Of a stretch of DNA of 59,946 bases, positions 20,446 through 30,941 are shown in pieces. Source of the DNA: Clostridia bacterium (lineage in GTDB: Bacteria; Bacillota; Clostridia; Oscillospirales; CAG-272). The notes beneath the pieces were generated by a model that had not been told where the DNA came from, did no database searches, and saw only the letters and a program-made list of their open reading frames with translations. The stretch lies in NCBI GenBank assembly GCA_017467165.1, contig JAFTST010000033.1, positions 1 to 59,946 on the forward strand. Direction: 5' to 3'. Numbering within the stretch: the stretch's first letter is position 1; the number at the start of each line of letters is the position of its first letter. Position numbers and translations under genes: made by a program.

Positions 20446-21939
20446 ATGGCAAAACACGCTCCCGCGCTTGACGAGAACGGAAAGCGCAAATTCAGTATTC
20501 GCGACAGTGTTGCTTATGCTGCGGGCGATCTCGGATGTAACATGAGCTTCGCTCTCAAAGGTACGATGGCGCTTTTCTGGACTCAGGTTATGGGTCTTGG
20601 TCTTTGGTACTCCCTGCTGCTCGTTATCGTGCAGGTTTGGGACGCTATCAACGATCCGCTTATCGGAACGATAATCGACGCCGACAAGCACAAGTATAAG
20701 AGGAATAAGTTCCTCGCGTACATATGGTTTGGCTCTATAGGTCTTATCATAGGAGGCGCTATGTGCTTCCTTCCCTTCCCCAAGGCTCCCGTATGGGCTA
20801 AGATAATTATCTTTATCGCAGGCTACGTTGTATGGGATGCATTCTACACGATAGCTAACGGTCCCTACGGCTCGCTGCTTTCGCTCATTTCGAAGGATCC
20901 CGCTGACAGAGCCTCCCTCTCGGCTTGGCGTTCTATAGGCTCGATGGTAGGAAATATGCTTCCTATGGTTATTCTTCCCTTCATTATCTACAATGAGGAC
21001 GAATCGCTTAACGGCGGCAGAGTATTCCTCGCAGCTCTTATAATGGGCGCTCTCGGCTTTATCTGCTTCCAATTCATGATAAAGAACACCGAGATACGCG
21101 TTGACACCGAGATTAACGTCAACGAGGAGCGTCCGAAGTTCAACGTGCTTCTCGCTCTCAAGAACTTCGTTACCAACCGTCCCGCAGTAGGCGCTACCAT
21201 AGCGGCTATGGGTATGTTCATAGGTATGCAGGGCGCGGCTACCGCAGTTTCCGTTGTATTCCAGATTTACTTCAAGAACACTGAGATTTCGGGTATCGTC
21301 CAGCTTTTCGCTATGATTCCCATTCTCTTATTCACTCCTCTGGCGCGCAAGATGGTTACAAAGTACGGCAAGAAGGAGCTGTCCGTATTCGGCGCTCTGT
21401 TCTCCATCATAGGCGGTCTTGGTCTTTTCATCATCACTCCCGACAACACCGGACTCGACCTTTTGATTTATATTCTCTGCCAGCTCGTATACAGCCTTGG
21501 TCTTGGCATCTACTCTACCGTTTCCTGGGCAATGATGGGCGACGCTATCGACTACAACGAGTGGAAAACCGGCAAGCGCGAGGAGGGCGTGGTTTATTCG
21601 CTTCACTCCTTCTTCAGAAAGCTGGCGCAGGGACTTGGCCCGGCAGCTGCACTGCTCATAATGAACTCCCTCGGCTACGTCAACAACGCTGTTGATCCCG
21701 AGACGGGAGAGGCATTTATCGACGTTACCCTTCTGTCCTGGGACGTTGCGGTAAATCTCCGAATACTCGTCGCAGCGCTCTTCCTTGTAGCAGCTGTTAT
21801 GCAGTTTATCGGACTTGCTCTCGTCTATAATCTTGACAAAAAGACTCTGGCGAAAATGAACGCCGATCTTGGACGAGACGTCGAGGCAGACGACCTTCTC
21901 ACATACACCACCGCAGAGGATTCTGACAACCTTGCTTAA
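20446..21939 (+). CDS. MFS glycoside-pentoside-hexuronide (GPH) cation symporter
   Basis: YAAGDLG, WDAINDPLIG.IID, DAIDYNEWKTGKREEG...SFFRKLAQG; about 12 TM segments. Confidence 0.9.
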   Translation: MAKHAPALDENGKRKFSIRDSVAYAAGDLGCNMSFALKGTMALFWTQVMGLGLWYSLLLVIVQVWDAINDPLIGTIIDADKHKYKRNKFLAYIWFGSIGLIIGGAMCFLPFPKAPVWAKIIIFIAGYVVWDAFYTIANGPYGSLLSLISKDPADRASLSAWRSIGSMVGNMLPMVILPFIIYNEDESLNGGRVFLAALIMGALGFICFQFMIKNTEIRVDTEINVNEERPKFNVLLALKNFVTNRPAVGATIAAMGMFIGMQGAATAVSVVFQIYFKNTEISGIVQLFAMIPILLFTPLARKMVTKYGKKELSVFGALFSIIGGLGLFIITPDNTGLDLLIYILCQLVYSLGLGIYSTVSWAMMGDAIDYNEWKTGKREEGVVYSLHSFFRKLAQGLGPAAALLIMNSLGYVNNAVDPETGEAFIDVTLLSWDVAVNLRILVAALFLVAAVMQFIGLALVYNLDKKTLAKMNADLGRDVEADDLLTYTTAEDSDNLA

Positions 21940-21945
21940 AAACCC

Positions 21946-21976
21946 GCGGCGCTCTGGAAAACGGAGCGCCGCATTT
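21946..21976 (+). terminator. Intergenic hairpin
   Basis: gcggcgctc / gagcgccgc stem followed by attt. Confidence 0.5.
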
Positions 21977-22052
21977 CGCAATAAGACTACGCTACGCTCG
22001 ATTATCAGGGCGAGTAGCGGATAATAATATGAAAAAAGCGAAAGGAGCTTAT

Positions 22053-24329
22053 ATGAGAAATATTGTTGAGCTTAACGAGGGCTGGCTGTTTTCGAAGGGT
22101 GTCACGGGCACAAGTCACTCCGAGACAACCGAGACGGTCAATCTCCCTCACACCTGGAATGCACAAGACGGTCATGACGGCGGAAATGACTACTTCCGCG
22201 GAAGCTGTCTATACACGAAGACGCTGAAGAAGAGCGAGCTTCCCGAGGCAGACAGGTATTATATTGAAATAAGAGGAGCTAACTCCTCCGCAGACCTCTA
22301 CGTCGACGGAAAGCAGCTCTGTCACCACGACGGAGGATACTCCACCTGGAGAGTCGACCTGACCGACGCGCTCGGCGAGGAGTCCGAGGTCGAGATTGTC
22401 GTTGACAACTCTCCTAACGACAGAGTATATCCGCAGATGGCAGACTTCACCTTCTACGGCGGTCTTTATAGAAACGTATACCTCGTATGCGTTGCTGACA
22501 CCCACTTCGACCTAGATTACTACGGTGCCCCCGGAATAAAGGTTACTCCCACCGTCAAAGGCGAGGACGCAGAGGTTGAGGTTGAGCTATTCGTTACGGG
22601 AAAGCAGGACGGCGACGAGATTGAGGTTACTCTCACCGACGCCGAGGGAGGCTGCGTAGCGAGCGTTAAGGGAGAGGACACCAAGGCTACCCTCAAAATC
22701 GAGAACGTTCATCTCTGGCAGGGACGTCCCGACCCGTATCTCTACACCGCAGAGGCTAAAATCCTGCGCGGCGGCGAGGCTATTGACGCTGTCAAGGCAG
22801 AGTTTGGTTGCCGCTACTTCGAGGTTGACCCCGAGCGCGGCTTTATCCTCAACGGCAAGGAATATCCCCTTCGCGGCGTATCCCGCCATCAGGACAGACT
22901 TGGCATAGGAAACGCGCTTCTGCCCTGCCATCACGAGGAGGATATTGAGCTTATAATGGAGGTTGGAGCAACAACCATCCGCCTTGCTCACTATCAGCAC
23001 GACCAGTATTTCTACGACCTCTGCGACAGAAACGGTCTTGTTATCTGGGCGGAGATTCCCTATATTTCGAAGCATATGCCCGCAGGCAGAGAGAACACCA
23101 TCAGCCAGATGAAGGAGCTCGTAGCGCAGAACTACAACCACGCGTCTATCTTCTTCTGGGGACTTTCGAACGAGATTTCCATAGGCGGCTCGGACGAGGA
23201 CCTGCTTGAAAACCACAGAATACTCAACGACCTCGTGCACGAGATGGACAAGACACGTCTTACCACCATCGCGGCGGTTTCTATGTGCAAGCTCACCGAC
23301 CCCTACCTCCAGATACCCGACCTCGTATCCTACAACCACTACTTCGGCTGGTACGGCGGAGATACCTCTATGAACGGACCCTGGTTTGACAAATTCCACG
23401 AAACCTTCCCGAATATTCCGATAGGCGTCAGCGAGTACGGCTGTGAGGCTCTTGACTGGCATACCTCGAACCCCAAGCAGGGCGACTACACCGAGGAATA
23501 TCAAGCGTACTACCACGAGGAGCTGATTAAGCAGCTCTTCTCGAGAAAATACATCTGGGCGACCCACGTGTGGAATATGTTCTACTTCGGCGCTGACGCG
23601 AGAGCTGAGGGCGGCGAGAACGGTCAGAACCACAAGGGACTTGTAACCATGGACCGCTCCTACAAGAAGGACTCCTTCTACGCCTACAAGGCTTGGCTGT
23701 CCGACGAGCCCTTCGTACACCTCTCGGGAAAGAGATACGTTGACAGAGTTGAGGACGTGACTAAGGTTACAGTATACTCGAATCAGCCTGAGGTTGAGCT
23801 CTTCGTCAACGGCGAGAGCATCGGCAAGAAGACAGCACCCGACCACTTCTTCTACTTCGAGGTGAAAAACGAGGGCGAGAGCGTTATCGTTGCCAAGGCC
23901 GGCGAGCTTACCGACGAGGGTAGGATAAGAAAGGTCGAGGAAATGAATATGGACTACGTCCTCGTTGAAAAGGGCGCGGTTCTTAACTGGTTTGATATCA
24001 ACGCTCCCGGGGGACGCTTCTCCCTCAATGACAAGCTCGGTGACATTATGTCCTGCCTCGGCGGAAAGCTGTGGTTCTTAAAATTTGGTCTTACCCTGAA
24101 AAAGAAGATGAACGCAGGCAAGAAGGGTGGCTCCGAGAAAAAAAGCGGCGGCTTCGACGTTGATCTCAAGTCCGGTGGCGGACTTATGGAGATGATGGGC
24201 GGCTTCACCGTGCTTCGCCTGACCTCTATGATGGGTATGATGAACGTGAGCTTCACCAAGGAGGAGCTGCTCAAGATGAACAAGCAGCTCAACCGTATAA
24301 GAAAGCCCAAGAAGCTCAGAAATAAGTAA
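22053..24329 (+). CDS. Glycoside hydrolase family 2, probable beta-glucuronidase
   Basis: LPHTWN, GVSRHQD, IRLAHY, WGLSNE (acid/base), SEYG (nucleophile), NHKGL (NxKG motif); next to uxuA. Confidence 0.88.
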   Translation: MRNIVELNEGWLFSKGVTGTSHSETTETVNLPHTWNAQDGHDGGNDYFRGSCLYTKTLKKSELPEADRYYIEIRGANSSADLYVDGKQLCHHDGGYSTWRVDLTDALGEESEVEIVVDNSPNDRVYPQMADFTFYGGLYRNVYLVCVADTHFDLDYYGAPGIKVTPTVKGEDAEVEVELFVTGKQDGDEIEVTLTDAEGGCVASVKGEDTKATLKIENVHLWQGRPDPYLYTAEAKILRGGEAIDAVKAEFGCRYFEVDPERGFILNGKEYPLRGVSRHQDRLGIGNALLPCHHEEDIELIMEVGATTIRLAHYQHDQYFYDLCDRNGLVIWAEIPYISKHMPAGRENTISQMKELVAQNYNHASIFFWGLSNEISIGGSDEDLLENHRILNDLVHEMDKTRLTTIAAVSMCKLTDPYLQIPDLVSYNHYFGWYGGDTSMNGPWFDKFHETFPNIPIGVSEYGCEALDWHTSNPKQGDYTEEYQAYYHEELIKQLFSRKYIWATHVWNMFYFGADARAEGGENGQNHKGLVTMDRSYKKDSFYAYKAWLSDEPFVHLSGKRYVDRVEDVTKVTVYSNQPEVELFVNGESIGKKTAPDHFFYFEVKNEGESVIVAKAGELTDEGRIRKVEEMNMDYVLVEKGAVLNWFDINAPGGRFSLNDKLGDIMSCLGGKLWFLKFGLTLKKKMNAGKKGGSEKKSGGFDVDLKSGGGLMEMMGGFTVLRLTSMMGMMNVSFTKEELLKMNKQLNRIRKPKKLRNK

Positions 24330-24369
24330 GAAAAAACGGGGCGGAAACACCGCCCCGTGTGGAGAAAAT

Positions 24370-25422
24370 ATGAAAATGAAGCTATCATTCCGTTGGTACG
24401 GAAAGGACGACCCTATCTCGCTTGAACACATCTCTCAGATACCGGGTATGCGCTCTGTCGTTTCGGCGGTGTACGACGTTAAGCCCGGAGAGGTTTGGGG
24501 CGAGGAGAGCCTCAGAGAGATGAAGGAGGAGTGCGAGGCGCACGGTCTTGTTTTCGACGTGGTTGAGTCAATACCCGTGCACGAGGACATCAAGCTCGGA
24601 AGAAACGACGTTGATAGGCTGCTTGAGGTCTACTGCGAAAACATCAGAAGATGTGCAAGATACGGTGTCAAGTGCGTCACCTACAACTTCATGCCCGTTT
24701 TCGACTGGACGAGGACTCAGCTTGACAAGAAGGCTCCCGACGGCTCAACGAGCCTCGTTATGTATTGGGACCAGATGAGAGGACTTGATCCTCTGAAGGA
24801 TGATATTCATCTGCCCGGCTGGGATTCCAGCTACACTCAGGCACAGGTGCGCGAGCTTATCAGCGCGTACGGAGAGCTCGGTGAGGAGGGTCTTTGGAAA
24901 AACCTCGAGAGATTCCTCAGGAAGGTTATACCCGTCGCTGAGGAGTGCGGCGTGAGAATGGCGATTCACCCTGATGACCCGCCCTATCCTATCTTCGGCT
25001 TGCCGAGAATTATCACCTGCGAGGAAAACCTCGACCGCTTCCTTAAGATAGTAGACAGCCCCGCCAACAGCCTCTGCCTCTGCACGGGCTCGCTCGGCTG
25101 CGCTAAGTCAAACGACGTTGTCGCTATGGTTAAGAAGTATGCAGAGATGGACAGAATCGCATTCATGCATATCCGCAACGTCAAGATAATGGAGGACGGC
25201 TCCTTCGAGGAGAGGGCGCATCTTTCCTCCTGCGGCTCGCTTGATATATACGAGATTGCTCGCGCGCTTGTTGTAGCGGGCTTTGACGGTTATATCCGTC
25301 CCGACCACGGCCGTATGATATGGGGCGAAACAGGAAAGCCCGGGTATGGTCTGTATGACAGGGCGCTTGGTGCGACATATATTAACGGCATTTTCGAGGC
25401 TCTTGAGAAGGAGCTTGGATAA
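24370..25422 (+). CDS. uxuA: Mannonate dehydratase
   Basis: FRWYG, VESIPVHEDIKLG, YNFMPVFDWTRT, AIHPDDPP, RPDHGR. Confidence 0.96.
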   Translation: MKMKLSFRWYGKDDPISLEHISQIPGMRSVVSAVYDVKPGEVWGEESLREMKEECEAHGLVFDVVESIPVHEDIKLGRNDVDRLLEVYCENIRRCARYGVKCVTYNFMPVFDWTRTQLDKKAPDGSTSLVMYWDQMRGLDPLKDDIHLPGWDSSYTQAQVRELISAYGELGEEGLWKNLERFLRKVIPVAEECGVRMAIHPDDPPYPIFGLPRIITCEENLDRFLKIVDSPANSLCLCTGSLGCAKSNDVVAMVKKYAEMDRIAFMHIRNVKIMEDGSFEERAHLSSCGSLDIYEIARALVVAGFDGYIRPDHGRMIWGETGKPGYGLYDRALGATYINGIFEALEKELG

Positions 25423-25434
25423 CAAGGCAACAAC

Positions 25435-25468
25435 AGAAAAACGCGGAGAGGCTTCTCCGCGTTTTTCT
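25435..25468. terminator. Bidirectional intrinsic terminator
   Basis: agaaaaacgcggaga / tctccgcgtttttct perfect inverted repeat between convergent genes. Confidence 0.8.
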
Positions 25469-25520
25469 AATTCAATTTTGTTTTTTTAACACTTCCGCCT
25501 GCGCTAATATATCAGCTCCG

Positions 25521-26687
25521 TCAGACAAACGGGTGTTCAACCTTGATAACGCAGGAGCACTCGGGGCGCTTTTCGGTTATTTTTCCCGATACTGCCGCCT
25601 CTGCCTCGTGCGAGCTGATCTTGGCGTCGGTAGGAATAAGCAGGTCAAATATAAGGTTTATCCTGCTGTCGCCCTTGGTCATACGGAAGTCGTGTATAGA
25701 GAAGGTGGGGTCAACCTCCTTAGCAGAGCTCTCGCACAGCTCCCTGAGAAGATTAACCTCGGGGTCGTCGATAACTATCGGGTCGAGGTGTATGGTTACT
25801 ATACAGCCGAATTTTTCGTTGAGGTCGCGCTCCATTCTGTCGACCTCCTCGTGAGCCACGTTAATATCTGAGTTTGAGGGCACCTCTGCGTGGAAGGACA
25901 CTATAAGTCTGCCAACTCCGTAGTCGTGTACCATAACGTCGTGTATTCCGATAACGTGTGTATAGCTCTCGCTGAACTTATAGATGGACTCGACGAATTC
26001 GGGGTCGGGCGGAGAGCCGAGCAGAAGGTCTATCGTTTCCTTCGCCGCGCGGATACCCGTGTAGAGAATAAAGGCAGCTACGACTATACCGACGTAGCCG
26101 TCGATAGCAAGCTCCGTGTACCTCGACACGACTGCGCTGACAAGCACCAGCGCTGTGGCAAGGCTGTCAGTCAGGCTATCCAGAGACGAGGCGCGCAGGG
26201 GGGCTGAGTTAATACTGCCCGCCATTCTTCTGAAGAAGAAAAACAGCCACAGCTTCACCGCTATCGACGCGCTGAGGATAATAAGAGTTATGTTCGAGAA
26301 GGTGGGGGTGGCGGGGCTCAGTATTTTTGACACGGATTCGGTGAAAAGCTCAAATCCAACCAAAATAATAAGCACGTCGACGATGAAGCCCGTCACGTAT
26401 TCGAGCCTTCCGTGTCCGAGCGGATGCTCCTTATCCACCGGGCGGGAGGCTAAACGAAAGCCGATAAGCCCGATAACCGACGAGCCCGCGTCGGATATGT
26501 TGTTGAAGGCGTCTGCGATAATAGCCACAGAGCCCGACAGTATACCCATAACGAGCTTACCGATGAAAAGAATAACGTTGCACAGGATGCCGACAATTCC
26601 AGCCAGAGCGGCGTATGCCCCTCTGATTTTGGGATTTGAAGTGTCCTCGCTGTTTTTTATAAAAAGCTTAACTAATAGTTCGGTCAT
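25521..26687 (-). CDS. Cation diffusion facilitator family transporter
   Basis: ADAFNNISD, D.EHPLGHGRLEY, HDVMVHDYG, TIHLDP. Confidence 0.93.
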   Translation of the reverse strand: MTELLVKLFIKNSEDTSNPKIRGAYAALAGIVGILCNVILFIGKLVMGILSGSVAIIADAFNNISDAGSSVIGLIGFRLASRPVDKEHPLGHGRLEYVTGFIVDVLIILVGFELFTESVSKILSPATPTFSNITLIILSASIAVKLWLFFFFRRMAGSINSAPLRASSLDSLTDSLATALVLVSAVVSRYTELAIDGYVGIVVAAFILYTGIRAAKETIDLLLGSPPDPEFVESIYKFSESYTHVIGIHDVMVHDYGVGRLIVSFHAEVPSNSDINVAHEEVDRMERDLNEKFGCIVTIHLDPIVIDDPEVNLLRELCESSAKEVDPTFSIHDFRMTKGDSRINLIFDLLIPTDAKISSHEAEAAVSGKITEKRPECSCVIKVEHPFV

Positions 26688-26720
26688 ATCTACTCCGTCG
26701 CCGAGCGGTCGGCGAATAAT

Positions 26721-27911
26721 TTATTTCTTTTTCTCTCTGTGGAATATCTCTGCTATGACTGTGCGGCGCACCTTCATAGCGCTCTTGGGGCAGAACTCCT
26801 GACAGCAGAAGCATCGGATGCAGAGCGAGCGGTCAATAACAGCCTTTCCACCCTTTATCACTATCGCCTTGGCAGGACATATATTCGCGCAGACTCCGCA
26901 GCCTACGCAGAGGTCTTTTTTTAACACGGGCTTGGTCTTAAGTATCGCTCCTGCTATTTTTCCGAAAAGTCGCTTAATCGGATTTTTGCCGTTTCCCTTG
27001 AATTCGAGCGAGCGGCGCTCGGTCACCGTTTCAAAGTCAGATAGACACAGGGGCTCTATATCTCCTATGATATCAACCCCCTCGACGCTGTCGGGAACAA
27101 GACCTCGTCTTTTTGCCGCGGCGAGAGTCGGCACGCTGTCCGCCTCAAGTCCGATGAGCCTTGCCGCGACCATATCGAGAGTGTGTGGCGAGCGGGAGGC
27201 GAGAATACAGCCCATGGGTCTGGGTGTGCCCGCCGTTGGGCCGTTGCCCTCCATACCAACAACAGCGTCGGCTATGGAGATAACGGGATGAAAATACTCG
27301 TCAAGGTCTATAAGCATATCTGCGAAGTCCTCGTATTTCGGGAAGCGGTAGTGGTACTCGGGCTTGATAATACCGGGTATTGTGCCAAACATATTCTTCG
27401 CCGCGCAGGACATACTCATCATTCCGTGGCTTTTCAACTTACAGAAGTTGATTATCAGGTCAGCCTCGTCAAGATACGAGGTATATGTGAAGCTGTTCAG
27501 CACCTTCGCCTCGGGGAAGGTAGCGGTGCTCTCGCCAAAGCTTCGGTTAAGGGTGGCGCCGTGACCCTCGCACTCGGTGACTCCCGATACCCTGTACACG
27601 CGTCCGACGAAGGCGCTGTTATAAAGTCCGCCGGGGCTGTCACCGATAACCACGGAGCATCCGCGCTCGGAAAGTATATCGCAGAGCGCAGAAAGCAGCA
27701 CGGGGTGGGTTGTAGCGGCGGTATCGGGCGCCATCGCCGAAACGAGATTAGCCTTGATAACCACGCGCGCTCCCTCGGGAATCAGCCCGTACGCTTCTAT
27801 ATCCGAGAGCGCCTTCTCCAAAGCGCTCCTTGCCGCTCTTATATCATACTCCGAAAGCGGCACCACCGACACTGTGTCGGCGGGAGAATAGTAGTTTGAA
27901 TTATACTCCAT
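26721..27911 (-). CDS. DUF362 domain protein with C-terminal 2x[4Fe-4S] ferredoxin domain
   Basis: VIKANL, TTHP, KLKSH, KNMFG, DAVVGMEGNGP; CVGCGVCANICP and CIRCFCCQEFCP. Confidence 0.88.
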   Translation of the reverse strand: MEYNSNYYSPADTVSVVPLSEYDIRAARSALEKALSDIEAYGLIPEGARVVIKANLVSAMAPDTAATTHPVLLSALCDILSERGCSVVIGDSPGGLYNSAFVGRVYRVSGVTECEGHGATLNRSFGESTATFPEAKVLNSFTYTSYLDEADLIINFCKLKSHGMMSMSCAAKNMFGTIPGIIKPEYHYRFPKYEDFADMLIDLDEYFHPVISIADAVVGMEGNGPTAGTPRPMGCILASRSPHTLDMVAARLIGLEADSVPTLAAAKRRGLVPDSVEGVDIIGDIEPLCLSDFETVTERRSLEFKGNGKNPIKRLFGKIAGAILKTKPVLKKDLCVGCGVCANICPAKAIVIKGGKAVIDRSLCIRCFCCQEFCPKSAMKVRRTVIAEIFHREKKK

Positions 27912-27913
27912 AT

Positions 27914-28501
27914 TCAATCCTCGAGCGGCTCGCAGTTTCTTATCCGTCTGTAGAAATGCTCCATCATTTCGGTTCTGTAAGCCATTCTTTCGTTATCCTC
28001 ATCTATGCTGTAATCGTTGAAGTCCCATAGGTCAAACTCGCACCTTCCGAACGGTCGGTAGGTTGAATAGGGCTCCTTCTCGGTGGTTATAAGCCTTGTG
28101 AATCTGACAGGGCCATAATTTTCAAGAATACCCCTTCCCGCTCCGTCAAGCACAAGCGGAACACCGTCCGAGCGCTCCTTATCTGTGCCAAGAAAGGTTA
28201 CAACCAGCCAGTGATCCCAGCGGATATCGTAGAAAAGGTCCATTTTCTCATTTTTCACCATTCTAAGCGAGGAGAGAGTAACCTCGGTCATATCAGCCTC
28301 GCCCCATCGCTGTGTGTTGGGCATAGGCTCAAAGTCACGCTTTCGGTAACGAAAGGTGAAGTCAAGCGTACCCGAGGTGTCAAAGCTCGAGAGAATAACG
28401 TAGGCGAATCTGTCAAGCTTCATTCTCCAGGGAACCGAGATTAATCTCCACAGCAGCTTTTCGCACCTGTAGTAGTGAACTCTGTATAGATAATGCTTCA
28501 T
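27914..28501 (-). CDS. Hypothetical protein resembling the pRiA4b ORF-3 family
   Basis: LWRLISVP...ILSSF...YD....W...PLVLDGAGRGILEN pattern. Confidence 0.55.
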   Translation of the reverse strand: MKHYLYRVHYYRCEKLLWRLISVPWRMKLDRFAYVILSSFDTSGTLDFTFRYRKRDFEPMPNTQRWGEADMTEVTLSSLRMVKNEKMDLFYDIRWDHWLVVTFLGTDKERSDGVPLVLDGAGRGILENYGPVRFTRLITTEKEPYSTYRPFGRCEFDLWDFNDYSIDEDNERMAYRTEMMEHFYRRIRNCEPLED

Positions 28502-28511
28502 TCTTTTCCTG

Positions 28512-29702
28512 TCAGTCGGTTTTTTTATCGCGCAGAAGCCTCGCCTCAGCCTCTCGCTCGCGACTTATATCCGACCACCTCGGTATATCGTTCATACGGC
28601 AGGCAAGCTCGGAGAGGACGGTTGGAATATCTATGCTCTGCGGGCAGATAGCTGAGCACGCGCCGCAGCCAATGCAGGCTGTCGGCTTCTTATCATCGGG
28701 CAAAAACTCGACACGCATGGCACTATTGACCGATTTTGATACTCTCAGCTCGTTGCAGGTGGCGATAAGCAGAGGAATGTCCAGCCCCATAGGACAGCCG
28801 TCAACACAGTAGCGGCAGGCGGTACAGGGCACGGAGGAAAACATCTTCCCAGCTATCTCTGAAACCGCCTCCCTTTCCTCTGAGGAAAGCGGAGAAAGCG
28901 TACGGAAGGTATTGATATTGTCCTCTACCTGAGCCATATCCGACATACCGGAAAGGATAACGCCGATATTATCAAAGCTCATAAGCCATCTGAATGCGAA
29001 GGACGCGACGCTCGCATCGGGTCTTAACTCCCTGAGCCTCGCTTCATCCTCTGGTGGCAGAGCCGCCAGCTTTCCGCCTCTGACGGGCTCCATAATCCAC
29101 ACGGGTATGCCTCTATTGGTGAGAAGCTCATATTTAGCCTTGGCATTCTGCAGGGTATAGTCGAGGTAATTCATCTGTATCTGACAGAATTCCATCGCAT
29201 CCCCCACCCTGTCAAGAAACTCGGAGATTCCCGAGGCAAGCGCGTGGGTTGAAAAGCCGAGATGCTTGATTCTTCCAAGCCTCTTCTGCTCGAGGAAATA
29301 GTCAATGATACCGTACCTTTCCGAGGTATACACGTCCATCGAGCGCTCGTAGACGTTATGTAGAAGATAAAAATCAAAGTAGTCGGTGCCGCATTTTCTG
29401 AGCTGGTCCTCGAAGATGGGCGCGGGGTCATAGCTGTCCATCACCTGATGACCCGGGAATTTATCGGCGAGATAATAGCTCTCTCTTGGGTATTTCGAGA
29501 GTATTTTTCCAAGCACTATCTCCGAGGTTCCTCTGTGATAGGGGTATGCCGTGTCAAAATAATTGACTCCTGCCTCTATGGCGCGGTCTATCATTCTCTC
29601 GGAAAGCTCCATATCCACCTCCCCGTCCTCGAGGGTGGGAAAACGCATAGCTCCAAAGCCCAAAAGGGATATTTTCTTGTCCTTAAAGCTCTTATAAACC
29701 AT
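28512..29702 (-). CDS. Aldo/keto reductase with C-terminal Fe-S domain
   Basis: LGFGAMRFP, GVNYFDTAYPYH, DYFDFYLLH, IMEPVRGG, PCTACRYC. Confidence 0.92.
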   Translation of the reverse strand: MVYKSFKDKKISLLGFGAMRFPTLEDGEVDMELSERMIDRAIEAGVNYFDTAYPYHRGTSEIVLGKILSKYPRESYYLADKFPGHQVMDSYDPAPIFEDQLRKCGTDYFDFYLLHNVYERSMDVYTSERYGIIDYFLEQKRLGRIKHLGFSTHALASGISEFLDRVGDAMEFCQIQMNYLDYTLQNAKAKYELLTNRGIPVWIMEPVRGGKLAALPPEDEARLRELRPDASVASFAFRWLMSFDNIGVILSGMSDMAQVEDNINTFRTLSPLSSEEREAVSEIAGKMFSSVPCTACRYCVDGCPMGLDIPLLIATCNELRVSKSVNSAMRVEFLPDDKKPTACIGCGACSAICPQSIDIPTVLSELACRMNDIPRWSDISREREAEARLLRDKKTD

Positions 29703-29730
29703 AGTAGCTCCTTTTGATTTTTTCTACCGT

Positions 29731-30237
29731 TCAGACGTATTTCGGGTCAACGAAAACGGTCTTAGCGTATCCGAGAAGCTCGTCGCGCACACTGTCCGTG
29801 ATGTCCGACGGGCTGACGAAGGTGATAACGAAATATGCGTAGGGCGTGCGATAAAAGGTTGGCATGAAGAAGATATCTCCTGCCGCCGCGCTCTCGCGGT
29901 ATATGAAGTACGGAATATCCCCGCTCTCCCTCAGTGGTCCAACCGTCCCGCTATCTATAAGCCCCTGATAGACCTCGGCGAATTTCAGCGGAGTGTGAGT
30001 AGCGAGAATACCGTCCTTAATCACCGCATCAAAGGAAAACCGCGTGATACCGACGCTGATATGACCGTCTGACGCCTCGAGGTCAAAGCCCTCTCTCGCT
30101 TCCTTTTCCTTAAAGGCGCGAGGTAGCCTTATTCCAAGCTCACAATGCTCAAAAACACGCTCGCCTGAGCAGGCGACGGCGCTGAATATCGAGAGTATGA
30201 GAAGGAAAGCCAGAACAACCCTTATCGCCCTATTCAT
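29731..30237 (-). CDS. Hypothetical lipoprotein
   Basis: Signal peptide ending AVAC; GGAGGGAG SD. Confidence 0.7.
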   Translation of the reverse strand: MNRAIRVVLAFLLILSIFSAVACSGERVFEHCELGIRLPRAFKEKEAREGFDLEASDGHISVGITRFSFDAVIKDGILATHTPLKFAEVYQGLIDSGTVGPLRESGDIPYFIYRESAAAGDIFFMPTFYRTPYAYFVITFVSPSDITDSVRDELLGYAKTVFVDPKYV

Positions 30238-30895
30238 TTCTCCCTCCTATGTGGGAGGCTATTTCCTCCGCTCTCGAGCAAATCAGGTCTGCTCCCGCCT
30301 CTGATAGCTCCTCCTTTTCTCTGAAGCCCCAGAGGACTCCGACAGAAAGACCCGCACCCATATTTCCGGCTGTTTCTATATCCACCGCGGTATCGCCGAT
30401 AAAGGCAGCCTCGTCCGGGGCAACGTTCATCTTTTCAAGTATATAAAGCGCCGAGGTCGCATCGGGCTTGAGTGGCACACCGTCTATGCCTCCCCGCACC
30501 ATGTCAAACAGGTCGCCAAAAAAGTGGCTGACAACCGCTACGGCGGCAGAGTCGGGCTTATTTGACAGAACTGCGAGGCGGACTCCCTTATTTTTCAGAT
30601 CCCGTAGCATCTCGGGCACACCCTCGTATATCTCGGTAAGGTAGAGCGGAGATGCATCATACGCCGCCTTGTAGTCGGACAGCGCCTCAAGAATTTTCTC
30701 CTCATCGCTCTCACCCTACTCTCCGAGCGCTCTTTTAATCAGCATATAGGCTCCGTCGCCTATATATCTTTTCGTATCGCTGTCGGACACGTCCCTGTAG
30801 CCGAATTTTCCAAGAGTGGCGTTAAGATAATGCTTTATAGTCGGCAGGGTGTTGAGAAGCGTGCCGTCTAAATCAAAAATACATGCTTTAATCAT
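30230..30895 (-). pseudogene. HAD-family phosphatase (phosphoglycolate phosphatase-like) interrupted by an in-frame TAG
   Basis: MIKACIFDLDGTLLNT motif I starts at 30895; TAG at 30716-30718 (codon 60); same frame continues through LSNK, KPD and IGDT.VD motifs. Confidence 0.85.
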
Positions 30896-30941
30896 TTAGT
30901 TCGGTTTTTTCCTGTATTTTTCTTCCATTATAGTTGTTTTC

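Noticed and set aside
30716-30718. Genome-wide TAG reassignment or pyrrolysine readthrough
   Set aside because: TAG terminates other intact genes in the window and no pyl machinery is visible
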